Positions 32,621 to 44,859 of a stretch of 64,000 nucleotides of DNA are shown here, in pieces. The notes under the pieces are model-generated. The model did no database searches. It saw only the letters and a program-made list of their open reading frames with translations, and was not told the origin of the DNA. Source of the DNA: Ostrea edulis (lineage: Eukaryota); contig NC_079172.1 in NCBI RefSeq assembly GCF_947568905.1, positions 50,530,001 to 50,594,000 of the forward strand, read 5' to 3'. A program made the translations under genes and the position numbers. Each line of letters begins with the position of its first letter. The first letter of the stretch is position 1.

Positions 32621-34260
32621 GTATGTATGTATATACCGAATAAACATTTATTTTCATTTATTTTTAATGTTGAAATTGTGATGTGTATATTGCAATTTTT
32701 TGTCGTCTGCATTGGGTTTTATAGGCTAACTACCAAATAAAAACACTCTATCAAAAAGAATTTTAAATGACAAACGAATTTACAACGTTATCATTTATTG
32801 CTACTAAAAGTTCAATGTTTGACCCCCCCCCCAAAAAAAAAAAAATCACGGCATAGTTTTCACATCAACACCCACTTAAAATTTTTATGAACGTTGAAAA
32901 TAATAATCAGTGTGTTAAAATCGATGTCGGATAACATACTAGTAAACTGACAGGAGTTTTACCCCTATATATAAATACTATAGTCTGATACCCCTCTCTC
33001 CTTCTCTCTTTTTAAAACCAAAATCAAAGGGGCATATGTGTTGCAATCCCCGTACCCCCTCTAGATCCGCCAATGTATAGTGCATGCGTTGGTTGCGCAT
33101 GTAATTTATGCATATCTAATTCCGTTTTGGTCGTCCAAAATATTAATTAAAGTTCATAATTAATTGATGATATGCTAAAGATATCTTGATCCTGATCTAA
33201 ATAACTAGAGGACTTATAAAAGTTACAGATTTTGAACATCATGACCCAACATTATTGCCTGCGAAAAAAACAATCACACAATGGACATATAAATGAAATC
33301 ATTGACTAGAATTATTTTGAAGTCACATTATTTTTCATTAATTACAGAAAAACCCTTAAATGGCACTTAATCACAATCAGATATATACGGTATAATTGAT
33401 ATAATAAATTCTTATATACATGTAGACGTTATGAATTGTGGACAGCAACCTGTATTCAGGGAGAAATAACTCGAGCTGCATTGTGAAAATGTATCCCATT
33501 AGAGGTCTTTTTATTTAAATACAAGAATTTTTACCATGTGACTTTACGGAAACTGCCAAGATCAGAAATTTTCACGTGCAACGTCACGGAAAAGAAATTT
33601 AGTCGAGGCGAAGCATATTGATTGATCAGACAAACGCATTTTCCTATCGATCGATCGGACAGGCGTAAACTGTTTATGACTTTGCTCTTGACTTTGGTAA
33701 ATTGCGAATTAAGTTAAAATCTTATAATATAAGACTAGATGCTGTATTGAGCTACCAATAAATTGTTACATCCTATAATTAACGATTCTTTTCACTTAGT
33801 TCGTTCATCTCCGGATTTGATAAAAAATTCTTTAAATATGTTACCAGCCTTCGTGTTGTAATTTTCTCGCCATTTCAGACACCTTTTCTAAAGTTATTTA
33901 GTTGTTACACTTCCCAAAGTTTTTTCGGACCATAAATTTGGTGCTTGCACCAATGTCTCTTGTTAATTAATGTTTTAATTAACATGCATATAGCTCTCAA
34001 GGAAATCAAGAAAAAGTAATTGATCTAAATACATGGTGTATTGAAAGTTTCAATAGAACTCCATCAAACAAAGTGTAATGGGGACATTTGGGGGACACAT
34101 GTGACGACCCCCGTTACAGTTAGTACTAGTGTTTCATTATGATCAATAAAAAAAAAGTCAAGGTACTGGAGTCAAATCTTGCTAATTAATCTGATTATTG
34201 AATTCTAAATCTTAAGGACGCTATTTTCCTCTCAGTAACCTATGCGCAGAACTGGTCAGA

Positions 34261-34264
<4 letters not shown>

Positions 34265-34316
<52 letters not shown>
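34265..34316. repeat. (CT)n microsatellite
   Basis: Directly visible. Confidence 0.92.
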
Positions 34317-34318
<2 letters not shown>

Positions 34319-35241
34319 CTTTCAGTGAAAGAAAATCAAAGTATTTCATGCAATAATTCAAAATGAAGTACACTGTACATGGCGTACTAGTTTTCAAATA
34401 CAAGGTAAATCATGGTATCTTGCTTACAGAAAAAATAATAAACGATAAAAGAAGCAATTATTTTTCCCTACTCTCTGGGAGATAATATGATAAGATGTTT
34501 TGATGTATTGTTACTTTTATTGGGAGAACTTATATTATTATTATAAAACGATAAATAAAAAACACACTAATTTTTTTTAGATCATAAACTCATTTTGTTT
34601 TTGTTGAATTCATTACTTATTTCATTTGTTTTACTTACGAAATGAACATTTTCTCGTCTTCTTTATGACAACTGACTTGTCATCGCAGTTTGAATAATTT
34701 CTAATCGTTCTGTTGAATGTTTGGGATGAAGAGATCCTTTAGCGCTTCCACAGATAGGAACACAGATAACAAACAAAGCTTTACTGAGTCCATTTGCAAA
34801 CTTTGTATTGGTTTTCGTATTCTCATACAAAGATGCGTTTTTAGATAGAACTCTACACTAAATTCCCAAATTCCCCCACCACAACGAACTTTCAAGTCCT
34901 ATAAGAAATAAAATATTCATATGAATATTTTACATCTTTCTTTTTTTTTTTATCAATTCGTGAACAAACCCTTTACTCTCTCTTTTTTTAAAGCTCACCT
35001 CAGGTGAAAGCTCATGTGATAAGGGTGCTAGGGAGCTACTTTAGTATTTGGGGCTCTTTTTTTTTTTATCCCATTGGTCATTAATTTAATTCAAGAATTC
35101 ATTTTCATGAAATGAAAAATTAGAATGGTTGATATTAAACATTTACCGTAATTACAAATAACACTAAGGATGTGCTTTGTGAGTGAAAAGCAGGGCAAGA
35201 AAGGGGTGAAAGTGTATGCTCATCTTTCAGAGAAAATCCCA

Positions 35242-35433
35242 TTCGGATGAGACCGCAAAAACCGAGGTCCCGTGTCACAGCAGGTGTGGCACGATAAAGA
35301 TTGCTCCCTGCTCAATGACCACAAGCGCCGAGCATAGGCCTAAATTTTGCAACCCTTCACCGGCAGTGGTGACGTCTCCATATGTGTGAAATATTCTCGA
35401 GCGGGACGTTAAACAATATTCAATCAATCAATC
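35242..35433 (+). mobile_element. 5'-truncated copy of the (AATC)n-tailed SINE
   Basis: Reverse complement of part of 30672-30942. Confidence 0.82.
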
Positions 35434-35711
35434 ATAAGGCCAATTTTTTTGTTTAAATTGGTTTACGGATTTCAAAATTTTCAAATCCGTTTGGAGGAGG
35501 TAAAAAAAAAAGTTGACAAAATGTTAAGTAATAAAAATGAACTTGATTTGAGGTCAATGTTTTATCATCAACTTTAATATTCTCTTCACAGTCAACTTCA
35601 GGCTGTGGTATATAGTGACTATTGTGCACCTTGGCAACAATGCTGTTTCCTTCAAAAATGTTATTTGTTTATCAAATTAACTTTCTATCATTATCAAATA
35701 TCCATTGTTTA

Positions 35712-36271
35712 CCGTTTAGTTATGTAAATCCCAAAATAAAAGAACCACATCGTTTTTCCATTCAAAAGATGGCATCCATGACGTATATAGGGATGCACTA
35801 ATCACCTGAAGTACTAAAATCCTGACTGACCTTACCAAGCATATATTTTGTCTAAAAATTTACTATTTAGTTTTAAAGTCTTATTTATGAAGTCAAGTAA
35901 AGTTATAAATAAAATTCATGAACCCTATAAACATTTATTTAAAAATTCTGAATTTTATATAGGTCAGATAAATTCATTGTTCAATGGTAGTAAACAAATT
36001 TTATACAAAGAATGAATTCATGAATTCAATAATGTTAAATATGTTTTCAACCTCCTTCAATATATGAAGAATTACACATATTAATTATGAAGAATATTTC
36101 TTTAAAATTCATTAATAAGAATTTAAAAGTGTATCCTCGGCAAAATGTATGCATGGTAAAGTCAGGTAGGGTTATACTTGTTTAGGTGATTAGTGCAACC
36201 CAACGTACATCATGGATGCCATCTAAAAACAAGTGTTTGTTTTTATTTTGGGATTTACATTATCTAAACAG
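35712..36271. mobile_element. TA-target MITE with ~140-bp imperfect TIRs
   Basis: TA-CCGTTTAG...CTAAACAG-TA; ATGTAAATCCCAAAATAAA and AGATGGCATCCATGA are mirrored at the right end. Confidence 0.72.
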
Positions 36272-36742
36272 TATGTAATACATAACTAATGCTAATCAGA
36301 AGTTAGTTTCAAAAACAGATAATTTATTGGAAGCAAAAAGCATTGTTACTAAGGTGCTGAAGTTGACTGATATTCCACACAATGACACATGAATATTATG
36401 GACATTATGGATTTCGACGGAGGCGTCTGTCCAAATATCCAGTCCAGCGGAATCTTTTTTTCCCCTGTCTTTTCTTCTTTCTTTTTTTTTTGTGAAAAGG
36501 AAAAACAACAGTGTCGGAAATATAAAAAGGAGTGAAAAACCATTTTATTTTTTTTCCAACATTCCAAAAAATCAGTGCGGCGGATCCGTAAACCAACTCA
36601 ATAAAAATAAAAGGTCTAAAAGTCACCGAATTATTACGTCACAATGTACAGCACGTCATAATGTGTACGACGTAACACATCCACCCTTGCGACTAAACAT
36701 AAACATACTGTGAGCTTGCTTGGAGTACGTTAGATAAGAGTA

Positions 36743-37537
36743 ATGCCAATGGAAAATCAAAAGAAGATTTCTGGAAATGTTTTCCATTCTGTGGCAGACG
36801 ACAATGATTTGAAAAATGGCTTTGTACCTTATGAACAGGTTAAGGACACCATCGCGAAAATTGAAATCCTAAAAACTGCTAATGCAAATGTTTCATCATT
36901 CCTGCCGTCATGGGCTGATGATGAATATTTCATACAGTTACACAAACCGAAGAACATAAAGAAGGGAAAGGTGTTTGAGACAAACGTGGAAACTGGAGAG
37001 GCAGTGCTGGAGAAAGAGTCACAAGTTAAGACAACCATTGAGAGCGGACGGGCAATACTGAATGCAGAGAGCGGACAAATCACACATTCTGTTCCTGAGA
37101 TCCATGGCGAAAACCTTGATGTGAAATCAGAGAATGTTGCAGCATATATCTTGAGCATTGTCGAGAAGGCATGTGCAATAGTTCTCCAAGATATAACAGT
37201 CCAGAAACTAGATCAGGATGACGGCAGTGTTGTGGTAGAAACAAAAATTGTGAACACTTCGGATGCAAACCAGGAAATGGAAAATTGGTGTTTACAGAAA
37301 CCTGTTCAATTACATGTACAAGAGTTAAAACGTAAAACCAAGCCAGTCAAAAGTGGACTGGACAAACCTGGGAAGCTTACTGCATTAGAAACAGGGAAAA
37401 TACAAAAGTTTATACCCCGAAAGCTGTTTCTATCGAGTATAGAAACCTTTAAACTTGTACCAGATACCCAGGATTTCACCAAGAGCAAAGAAGAGGAGAC
37501 AAAGCCCGTGAAACCAAGGCCTTTACCGTGTAGTTTC
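36743..37537 (+). pseudogene. Intronless orphan ORF, N-terminal 265 codons, interrupted by the Gypsy insertion
   Basis: Open frame up to the TSD; resumes in frame at 42109. The paralog at 7030-7380 shows the uninterrupted junction (PLPCSFLCTTG). Confidence 0.8.
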
Positions 37538-37687
37538 TGTAGTGTCGGACTATTACATGTACGAATTGTTTAATATGCATGTATGTTCGAGTACGAGTTA
37601 ATAAAATCCTAGTTAGTGTTGTGAGAACACGTGTGTGTACTGTTTTGATTAAATTCGGGATTACACAGAAAATCCAACGATTCTACA
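37538..37687 (+). repeat. 5' LTR (150 bp)
   Basis: No mismatch found by eye against 41954-42103. Confidence 0.96.
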
Positions 37688-37689
37688 TC

Positions 37690-37702
37690 TGGCGACGAGG
37701 AT
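37690..37702 (+). promoter_or_regulatory. Primer-binding site complementary to tRNA-Ser(GCT)
   Basis: TGGCGACGAGGAT, 2 nt after the LTR; complementary to ...ATCCTCGTCGCCA. Confidence 0.8.
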
Positions 37703-37734
37703 CAAAAAAAAACTTTACATGACTGTTTAGCGAA

Positions 37735-39456
37735 ATGGCAACGGTCATAATGACGGATTTAGGTGGAATACCTACATTTGATTGCCACGGGGATCAAACT
37801 ACAGTCGGTGTGCGATGGACAAAATGGCGGCGCGCATTCGAACTTTTCATAGCAGGAAAAGGCGTGAAGGATGCTGCACAGAAGAAAGCATTACTGTTAC
37901 ATTGTGGTGGGATGGAGATGCAGGACATTTTCTTTACGTTTACACTGGAAGATCCAGGGGAAAATCAGACTGTGTACGATGTCGCGATGAAGAAATTAGA
38001 CGCCCATTTCAAACCACAGGTAAATGATGCATATGAGAGACATTTATTTCGCGCTATGAAACAGTCCCAAAATGAAACAATAGATCAATTTGTTACAAGA
38101 CTGAGACAAAAAGCTGAATTTTGTGGATATGGCACGAAAACGGATGAGAGTATCAGAGACCAAGTCATTGAAAAATGTAGCTCCTCTGTTCTGAGACGTA
38201 AACTTTTAGAAAGGGGTGAGGATCTCACACTCGAAAAATTACAAGCAATCGCTAGAGCTCTTGAAGCAAGTGAAACACAGGCGTTTACCATGGAAAACAT
38301 AAAATCTGAAGTGAATCACGTGCAAGTTAAGGGGTCACGTTCATGTAAAGCGTCAGTAACAAAGAAACCAAGTTCAGATAAACGATGCTATAGATGCGAT
38401 CGAGAAGGACATAACCAATCAAGTGACAGATGTCCAGCAAAAGGGAAAGAGTGTCACAAGTGTGGACGTACAGGTCATTTTGCCAAATGTTGTAAGTCTG
38501 GAACTGTGAATAAACCAACTAAGGGGCGCAGTAGGGACCACAATCAAAGGAATTCACACGTTAGATTTGTAGACACTGCTGGGAACCAGGAAGATGACCA
38601 TGATGATGAATACGCATTTTCGGTGACAGAATTTTCAAAGCAGCCAAGTATCACTGTACAGCTGGGAGGAGTGAGTGCAGAAATGATTATAGACTCAGGC
38701 GCAAGCTGTAACGTTATAGACAAGTCTACATGGGAAATCCTGAAAAACAAAAGAATCCAGTGTCAATCACAGCGATCAAGTAAGAGATTATTTTCCTATG
38801 GGAGTCAAACACCGATGAATGTCATTGGAACTTTTCTTGCAACTATCTCTGTGGGGTCTAAGTCCGAAGCGGAGTTCATTGTCGTTGAAGAGAAACTAGG
38901 ACCAGATGTTCAAGTGAATACAGTGAGTGACAGTATATTTACAGAGTACAGCGATGTATTTCAGGGATTAGGAAAATTGAAAGATTTCCAATTAGAAATA
39001 CCGATTGACAAAGAAGTCACACCAGTAGCACAACCTTTGAGGAGAGCACCTTTCAATCTGAGGAGTCTCATAGAGAAGAAACTGGATGAATTGGAGAACC
39101 TGGATGTGATCGAGAAAGCAAGCGGACCTACTCCATGGATATCACCTGTAGTCGTGGTACCTAAGAAGAATGACATCAGACTTTGCATTGATATGAGGCA
39201 AGCCAATTCTGCGATCATTCGTGAGAGACACCCGATTCCTACAGTCGATGAGGTTCTTCATGTTTTGAATCAGAGTACCATTTTCTCGAAACTGGACATA
39301 AAATGGGCGTTCCATCAAGTAGAGCTCTGTAAAGAATCGAGACCAATCACAACTTTTGTAACACATAAAGGATTGTATCGATATAAGAGACTCATGTTTG
39401 GAATAAGTTGTGCTCCTGAAATGTACCAAAGAGTGATACAACAAGCTCTCGAATAA
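37735..39456 (+). CDS. Gag (two CCHC knuckles), protease and N-terminal RT; ends at a premature TAA
   Basis: CYRCDREGH, CHKCGRTGHFAKCC, IIDSGASCNV, TPWISPVVVVPK, CIDMRQAN, LMFGISCAPEMYQR. The frame continues after the stop as CEGVRNIFDDIVVHG. Confidence 0.93.
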   Translation: MATVIMTDLGGIPTFDCHGDQTTVGVRWTKWRRAFELFIAGKGVKDAAQKKALLLHCGGMEMQDIFFTFTLEDPGENQTVYDVAMKKLDAHFKPQVNDAYERHLFRAMKQSQNETIDQFVTRLRQKAEFCGYGTKTDESIRDQVIEKCSSSVLRRKLLERGEDLTLEKLQAIARALEASETQAFTMENIKSEVNHVQVKGSRSCKASVTKKPSSDKRCYRCDREGHNQSSDRCPAKGKECHKCGRTGHFAKCCKSGTVNKPTKGRSRDHNQRNSHVRFVDTAGNQEDDHDDEYAFSVTEFSKQPSITVQLGGVSAEMIIDSGASCNVIDKSTWEILKNKRIQCQSQRSSKRLFSYGSQTPMNVIGTFLATISVGSKSEAEFIVVEEKLGPDVQVNTVSDSIFTEYSDVFQGLGKLKDFQLEIPIDKEVTPVAQPLRRAPFNLRSLIEKKLDELENLDVIEKASGPTPWISPVVVVPKKNDIRLCIDMRQANSAIIRERHPIPTVDEVLHVLNQSTIFSKLDIKWAFHQVELCKESRPITTFVTHKGLYRYKRLMFGISCAPEMYQRVIQQALE

Positions 39457-39607
39457 TGCGAAGGAGTTAGAAATATATTTGACGACATTGTTGTGCACGG
39501 AACATCTGTGGAGGAACATGACGCTAGGCTTAGAAAACTTCTGGACAGGATTAGGGAGAAGGGACTCACCTTAAACAAAGAAAAGTGTAAATTTCGGATG
39601 TCAGTTT

Positions 39608-41713
39608 GTGTTCATGGGACATTTACTGTCTGCCAGAGGTATAGGACCTGCGAAATCGAAGGTGACAGCTGTAAACGATGCTAGACAACCGGAAACAGCA
39701 TCTGAAATTCGAGGATTTCTGGGGCTAGTCAATTACAGCTCGAGATTCATCCCAGATCTGGCAACGTTATCCGAGCCGTTGCGTAGGTTAACGAGGAAGG
39801 GAGTTCACTTCAATTGGGGCCAGGAACAGGAACATGCTTTCGAGGAATTGAAACGCAGACTCACAAATGCACAGACTTTAGGATACTATGATCCAAAGGC
39901 AGAAACAATAGTTATCACCGACGCAAGTCCTGTTGGCTTAGGCGCAGTCCTCGTACAGAAACAAAATGGAGATGAGCGTGTGATATGTTACGCAAGTAGG
40001 ACTCTATCGGATGTTGAAAAAAGATACTCGCAAACGGAAAAGGAGGCATTGGGCATAGTCTGGACATGCGAGAGATTTCACATGTACTTATATGGAACAG
40101 AATTCGAATTACGCACTGACCATAAACCTTTGGAATTCATCTATTCCAAGAAGTCAAAACCTTGTGCTAGAATTGAAAGATGGGTGTTGAGACTACAAAC
40201 CTATACCTTCAAAGTGAAGCACATACCTGGAAAACAGAACATCGCAGATTGTTTGTCTCGTATGCCATCCAAAGAAGTTGATCCATTTTTTGTTGAAGAC
40301 TCTGAGACACATGTAAAATTTGTTGCGGAGACATCTACACCAAATACAATGTCTACAAGACAAATCGAGCGGGAATCGGATAAGGATCCAGAACTGGTAG
40401 ATGTTCGCGAGTGTATTCAGACTGGCAAATGGCATAACATACAGGAAAAATTGTATTTGACTGTGCGTGAAGAATTGTGTTGCATTGGAAAACTAATTCT
40501 CCGAGGGACCCGAATTGTTATTCCGACTGAATTGCGAACACACGTTTTGGAATTAGCTCACGAAGGTCACCCAGGCATTGTAGTCATGAAGAGGAGATTA
40601 CGAGCGAAAGTTTGGTGGCCAGGCATAGATCGTGAAGTGGAGAAGTTTGTCAAAACCTGTCATTCATGTCAACTGGTTAGTCAACCACAAGCACCTGAAC
40701 CGATCAAAACTACGGAATTACCAAATGGACCATGGCAACATATTGCTGTTGACCTCATGACACCATCGTTACCATCAGGAGATCATCTTTTTGTTGCAGT
40801 GGACTATTACAGCAGATACATTGAGGTGGAACACATGAAAAGTACAACTACAGACAAGATCATAAGGAGTCTGAAGAGGATGTTCTTAACGCATGGACTA
40901 CCGTTAAGCATCTCAAGTGATAATGGTCCTCAGTTCATATCTCATGAATTCAAGGAGTTTATGACTGAAAATGATATCTATCACCGGAAAACCACACCTC
41001 TTTGGCCACAAGCTAACGGGGAGATTGAACGGCAGAACCGCTCATTGTTAAAACGTATCAAAATCGCGCAAATCGAGAAGAAGGATTGGAAGGAGGAATT
41101 ATCGTCCTACCTAATGATGTACAGAACAACACCACACAGTATAACAGGAGTCAGTCCTTCGGAACTTCTATTTCGACGGAAAATTCGTACTCGTCTTCCA
41201 GGCATTGAAGATTATTCAACTATGACAGACGACCAGGATGTTCGGGATCGCGACTCCGAGAAAAAGGAGAAAGGGAAAATGTATATAGACAATAAACGTG
41301 GAGCTAAGGAGAGTGACATAGCTGTTGGAGATTCTGTGTTGTTGAAACAGAAGCCAGGAAACAAGCTCACACCTACGTTTGAAGCAGAACCGTACCATGT
41401 TACAGAGAAAACAGGAAACAGTGTGACCGTTGAATCACCAAGTGGAGTTTGCTACAAGAGGAATACCACTCATCTTAAGAAATTTCACGAGCGAGCGAAT
41501 ACGTTTACGAAATCCACAGTTGACGATAAAATTGATGGAAAACGGATCGAAACAAACATTCCGAACTGTGAAACGGCGAAAAGAATTTGTGACACCAGTG
41601 CTTATACTACGCGTCCGACCGAAGTTCGTGACACAAGTGTTCAAATTACGCGTCCGATCCGAGAACGCAAACTTCCAGACAGGCTTAAAGAATACGAAGT
41701 GTCATTTCAGTGA
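39608..41713 (+). CDS. RT C-terminus, RNase H and integrase (701 aa), out of frame with upstream pol
   Basis: TDASPVGLGAVL, YSQTEKEAL, TDHKPL, AHEGHPG..C..C, SSDNGPQF, PQANGEIERQNR motifs. Confidence 0.95.
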   Translation: MFMGHLLSARGIGPAKSKVTAVNDARQPETASEIRGFLGLVNYSSRFIPDLATLSEPLRRLTRKGVHFNWGQEQEHAFEELKRRLTNAQTLGYYDPKAETIVITDASPVGLGAVLVQKQNGDERVICYASRTLSDVEKRYSQTEKEALGIVWTCERFHMYLYGTEFELRTDHKPLEFIYSKKSKPCARIERWVLRLQTYTFKVKHIPGKQNIADCLSRMPSKEVDPFFVEDSETHVKFVAETSTPNTMSTRQIERESDKDPELVDVRECIQTGKWHNIQEKLYLTVREELCCIGKLILRGTRIVIPTELRTHVLELAHEGHPGIVVMKRRLRAKVWWPGIDREVEKFVKTCHSCQLVSQPQAPEPIKTTELPNGPWQHIAVDLMTPSLPSGDHLFVAVDYYSRYIEVEHMKSTTTDKIIRSLKRMFLTHGLPLSISSDNGPQFISHEFKEFMTENDIYHRKTTPLWPQANGEIERQNRSLLKRIKIAQIEKKDWKEELSSYLMMYRTTPHSITGVSPSELLFRRKIRTRLPGIEDYSTMTDDQDVRDRDSEKKEKGKMYIDNKRGAKESDIAVGDSVLLKQKPGNKLTPTFEAEPYHVTEKTGNSVTVESPSGVCYKRNTTHLKKFHERANTFTKSTVDDKIDGKRIETNIPNCETAKRICDTSAYTTRPTEVRDTSVQITRPIRERKLPDRLKEYEVSFQ

Positions 41714-41953
41714 ATAGTGATCAAGTGTATTGATGATTCATTGATGTGTACATATGTTTTGCTATTATGTGTTTTCATAACATTTTACAAGTGTTTACAA
41801 TGTAAATGAAATCAAGTTTCTTTTGACTGTTTTGGTAATTATACAATTTGAAACTATCTCAGTAAGTGGAGAACTGTTTTGACTTTGAGATAATATTTTC
41901 TAGTCAGTTCTAGTCAATTGTTTGTGTACTTTCATTCCAAAGAAAAGGAGGGA

Positions 41954-42103
41954 TGTAGTGTCGGACTATTACATGTACGAATTGTTTAATATGCATGTAT
42001 GTTCGAGTACGAGTTAATAAAATCCTAGTTAGTGTTGTGAGAACACGTGTGTGTACTGTTTTGATTAAATTCGGGATTACACAGAAAATCCAACGATTCT
42101 ACA
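41954..42103 (+). repeat. 3' LTR (150 bp), preceded by PPT AAAGAAAAGGAGGGA
   Basis: Direct repeat of 37538-37687. Confidence 0.96.
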
Positions 42104-42108
42104 GTTTC

Positions 42109-42210
42109 CTCTGCACCACGGGACTTTCTCCTGCGGAAGAACCCCATGTGGTGAGACCGCGAAGAACATGGAGGGATCGCATTCGCAGATTTTTGGGATT
42201 TAAAAGATAG
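42109..42210 (+). pseudogene. C-terminal 33 codons of the orphan ORF (LCTTG...WRDRIRRFLGFKR*)
   Basis: In frame with 36743-37537 once the element and one TSD copy are removed. Confidence 0.8.
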
Positions 42211-42258
42211 ACATTCTGTAAATTATGAAGATAGAAACGTGATTTTTAAGGATTTTTG

Positions 42259-42460
42259 GTACTTTACAAACGTATTATGTATGTTCATGGTGTTCTGATA
42301 TGTTGGTACTTTACAAACGTATTATGTATGTTCATGGTGTTCTGATATGTTGGTACTTTACAAACGTTTCATGTATGTTGATAGTGTTCTGATATGTTGG
42401 TACTTTACAAACGTATTATGTATGTTCATGGTGTTCTGATATGTATTATGTATGTTCATG
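42259..42460. repeat. 47-bp tandem repeat (~4 copies) containing the 30-bp unit seen at 7425-7840
   Basis: TACTTTACAAACGTATTATGTATGTTCATGGTGTTCTGATATGTTGG units. Confidence 0.88.
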
Positions 42461-42462
42461 GT

Positions 42463-43054
42463 AATAATAATAATAATAATATAATAATAAGACCTTTATT
42501 TAACCAGGATTACATATTTAGCGATAACGCTAGTTTTCAATATGGTCCTGCATATAACATACATACAGACAGATATTAGTAAAATAAACACAGATTAAAA
42601 GAAGTAGAATACATATAAACTTAAGAAATAATTATGAATGTAAGATAAATAGAATACAAAATGAAGTTTAAAAAGTATGGTGATAATCTCTAAGATAATT
42701 TCTCTTAAAACACGCAACACTCGTTGAGTTTCTTATGTTTTGATTCAAGGCATTCCACACTGTGCTCCCTGAAATGCTGAAAGATCTTCTATAATATTCT
42801 GTTTTTGCCCTGGGTATATACAAAATATTTGAATAAGAATTTCTAGTTTGCCTCTGACTGACTTCTGATACATATTTAAAAACATTTAAATAATCTGGCA
42901 TTAAACCATGTAAAACTTTATACACTAAAATGACTTTTCTATAGACAAAGTAATCTGATAGAGGCAACCAGTTAAGTTCTGTAAACATGACATTAGATGG
43001 TGTTTCAAAATTTCTGATGTTAAGAATTACCCTTGCAGCTCGTTTTTGCAATAT
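42463..43054 (-). mobile_element. 5'-truncated LINE (CR1/L2 group) 3' end with (TTA)n tail
   Basis: LQKRAARVIL...LNWLPL...YYRRSFSISGSTVWNAL ORF2 C-terminus; ATGGT on both flanks; absent from the paralogous region at ~7830. Confidence 0.85.
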
Positions 43055-44239
43055 ATGGTGTTCTGATATGGAATAAATTAATTTTGTTTTCAAACTGTTA
43101 TACCTCTTGATTGTCCTCATTTTTCACTCTAAATACTGTGACATCAGTACATTCATCTTGATTTAGTTAACAAATGTGTACCCGAGGCGTGCACAAAACA
43201 AAACCTTCCCAGAATTCAATGTATATAAAACGAGCAAAAATCACTATGTTTGTATAACATATGGTAAGATACATGTGTGTGTATGTGTGCACATGTGTGT
43301 GTGTGTATGCGCGCGTTTGTAAGCCCTGTCAATTGAACCAGTGAATAAGGCACATGTGTAAATTAACACGTGGTCGGCCAAAAGGAACACGAAAATGGTG
43401 GTGTTCAGTTGGATTTTTATAAAAATCAGCATAAAATCTTTAAATAATTCATCTACCATCAAAATCCTGAAGTGTTTACTTAACAGGATTTATGAGATGT
43501 GTGTAACAGGTGTGTAAAGATTTAGCACTCATCCATCTTTTTTTCTTGCGAGCATGGCTTACACACAATCGAAGTGCGCATGCTCTGTTTTAAATGACAG
43601 ATAATGAGTATGGGGTCTGATTACACGACACGAATATTATACGTGTTCCACGCAACGCGGTGGAAAAAATTTGCCCCAAACACGGTGGACCTTTAAAGTT
43701 GTTGGCACCTTTGAAGTCCTATTTTTTCCGCGCGAGCTAGACATTGAAGTCTACGGAGGATCTCCGTGGATGCCACCGCGCATCTCCGTGGATGTCGCCT
43801 GTACCTCCGTGTGATAAAACAAAAAAATAGTAATGTATTAAGAAAAATATTTCCGAAATGATTCACCCAAAAAAAACCCGTTTCGCTTGGCCAGCATTCA
43901 TGCCCCTACCCCATTCATTATTTAGAAATTAGCTATAAATTATTCAATTCTTTGTAATTGTTCATTATAATGATACATTGGTGTTTTCGGTATACATATC
44001 CGTATGTAGACTTCCCTGCAAACGTTCCCACCTTTTTATGAAACGCCCAAATTCTCGACATCCTGTATACAAACACCTGTGTTATTCCCACCACTCTTCG
44101 GTACATTGTTTCACGGCACGTGCAACACAAGTTCGCCAAATAAAAGAAGCGTCATGAACAATGACAAATAGCAGCTCAAAGAAATGTGCACCATAAGCAG
44201 TGGGTTTTTAACGTAACAATAATTGCGTAATAAGGAAAT

Positions 44240-44600
44240 TATGTCGTTCACACGAGATAATAAGTCGTGCGAACGAGAAAATAAGTCGTGCGAACGAGAA
44301 AGTAAGTCGTACGAACGAGATAGTATTTCCAAAATAAGAAGTAAAAAAAAATATTTGTATGTCCTAAATATACCACCGTAATACGGTAGTGTTTAAAAAT
44401 GACTGCACAAAATAAAAGCTTAAAAAAATAACAAGGAAATTATGTCGTTTGCACGAGATAACAAGTCGTGTGAACGAGAAAAGAAGTCGTGCGAACGAGA
44501 TAATTATCTCGTGCGAACGAGATCATAAGTCGTGCGAACCAGATATTATCTCGTGCGAACGAGATATTATGTCGTGTGAACGAGATATTATATCGTGCAA
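44240..44600. repeat. ~20-bp tandem repeats with core AAGTCGTGCGAACGAGA in two clusters
   Basis: Directly visible. Confidence 0.85.
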
Positions 44601-44859
44601 ACTAGCTGCAGAACTGTAGCTCTCTGAAAAAATATTGTGACGGACAGAGAGCTACAGGTCCATCCCTTATAAAAACCTTCGATTTACGGCGCACAAAAAG
44701 CTGCGCACGGTTGAGCTTTGATATCGTTGTATTCTTGTGTTGTTCGAAGTAGTTTTATAATGTATAGAAATCTTTATGCCCCCGTAATCCGGCGGAAATT
44801 TGGGGGCATATATTTTTATGAAAATACATGACGAGATGATAAGATGAAGATAACTCCTA

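Larger units (their letters stand above)
37538..42103 (+). mobile_element. Full-length Ty3/Gypsy LTR retrotransposon (Mag-lineage-like), very recent insertion
   Basis: Identical 150-bp LTRs TGTAG...CTACA, 5-bp TSD GTTTC (37533-37537, 42104-42108), PBS, PPT and gag-pol ORFs. Confidence 0.97.

Noticed and set aside
37538-42103. Identification as Steamer
   Set aside because: LTR length (150 bp) and the Ser-type PBS differ from what I recall for Steamer (177-bp LTR, Leu PBS); only lineage-level similarity can be claimed.
43330-43830. GC-richer block with TGCGCATG and short repeats as a possible promoter or gene start
   Set aside because: No associated exon or ORF could be found; it more likely belongs to an unclassified repeat.
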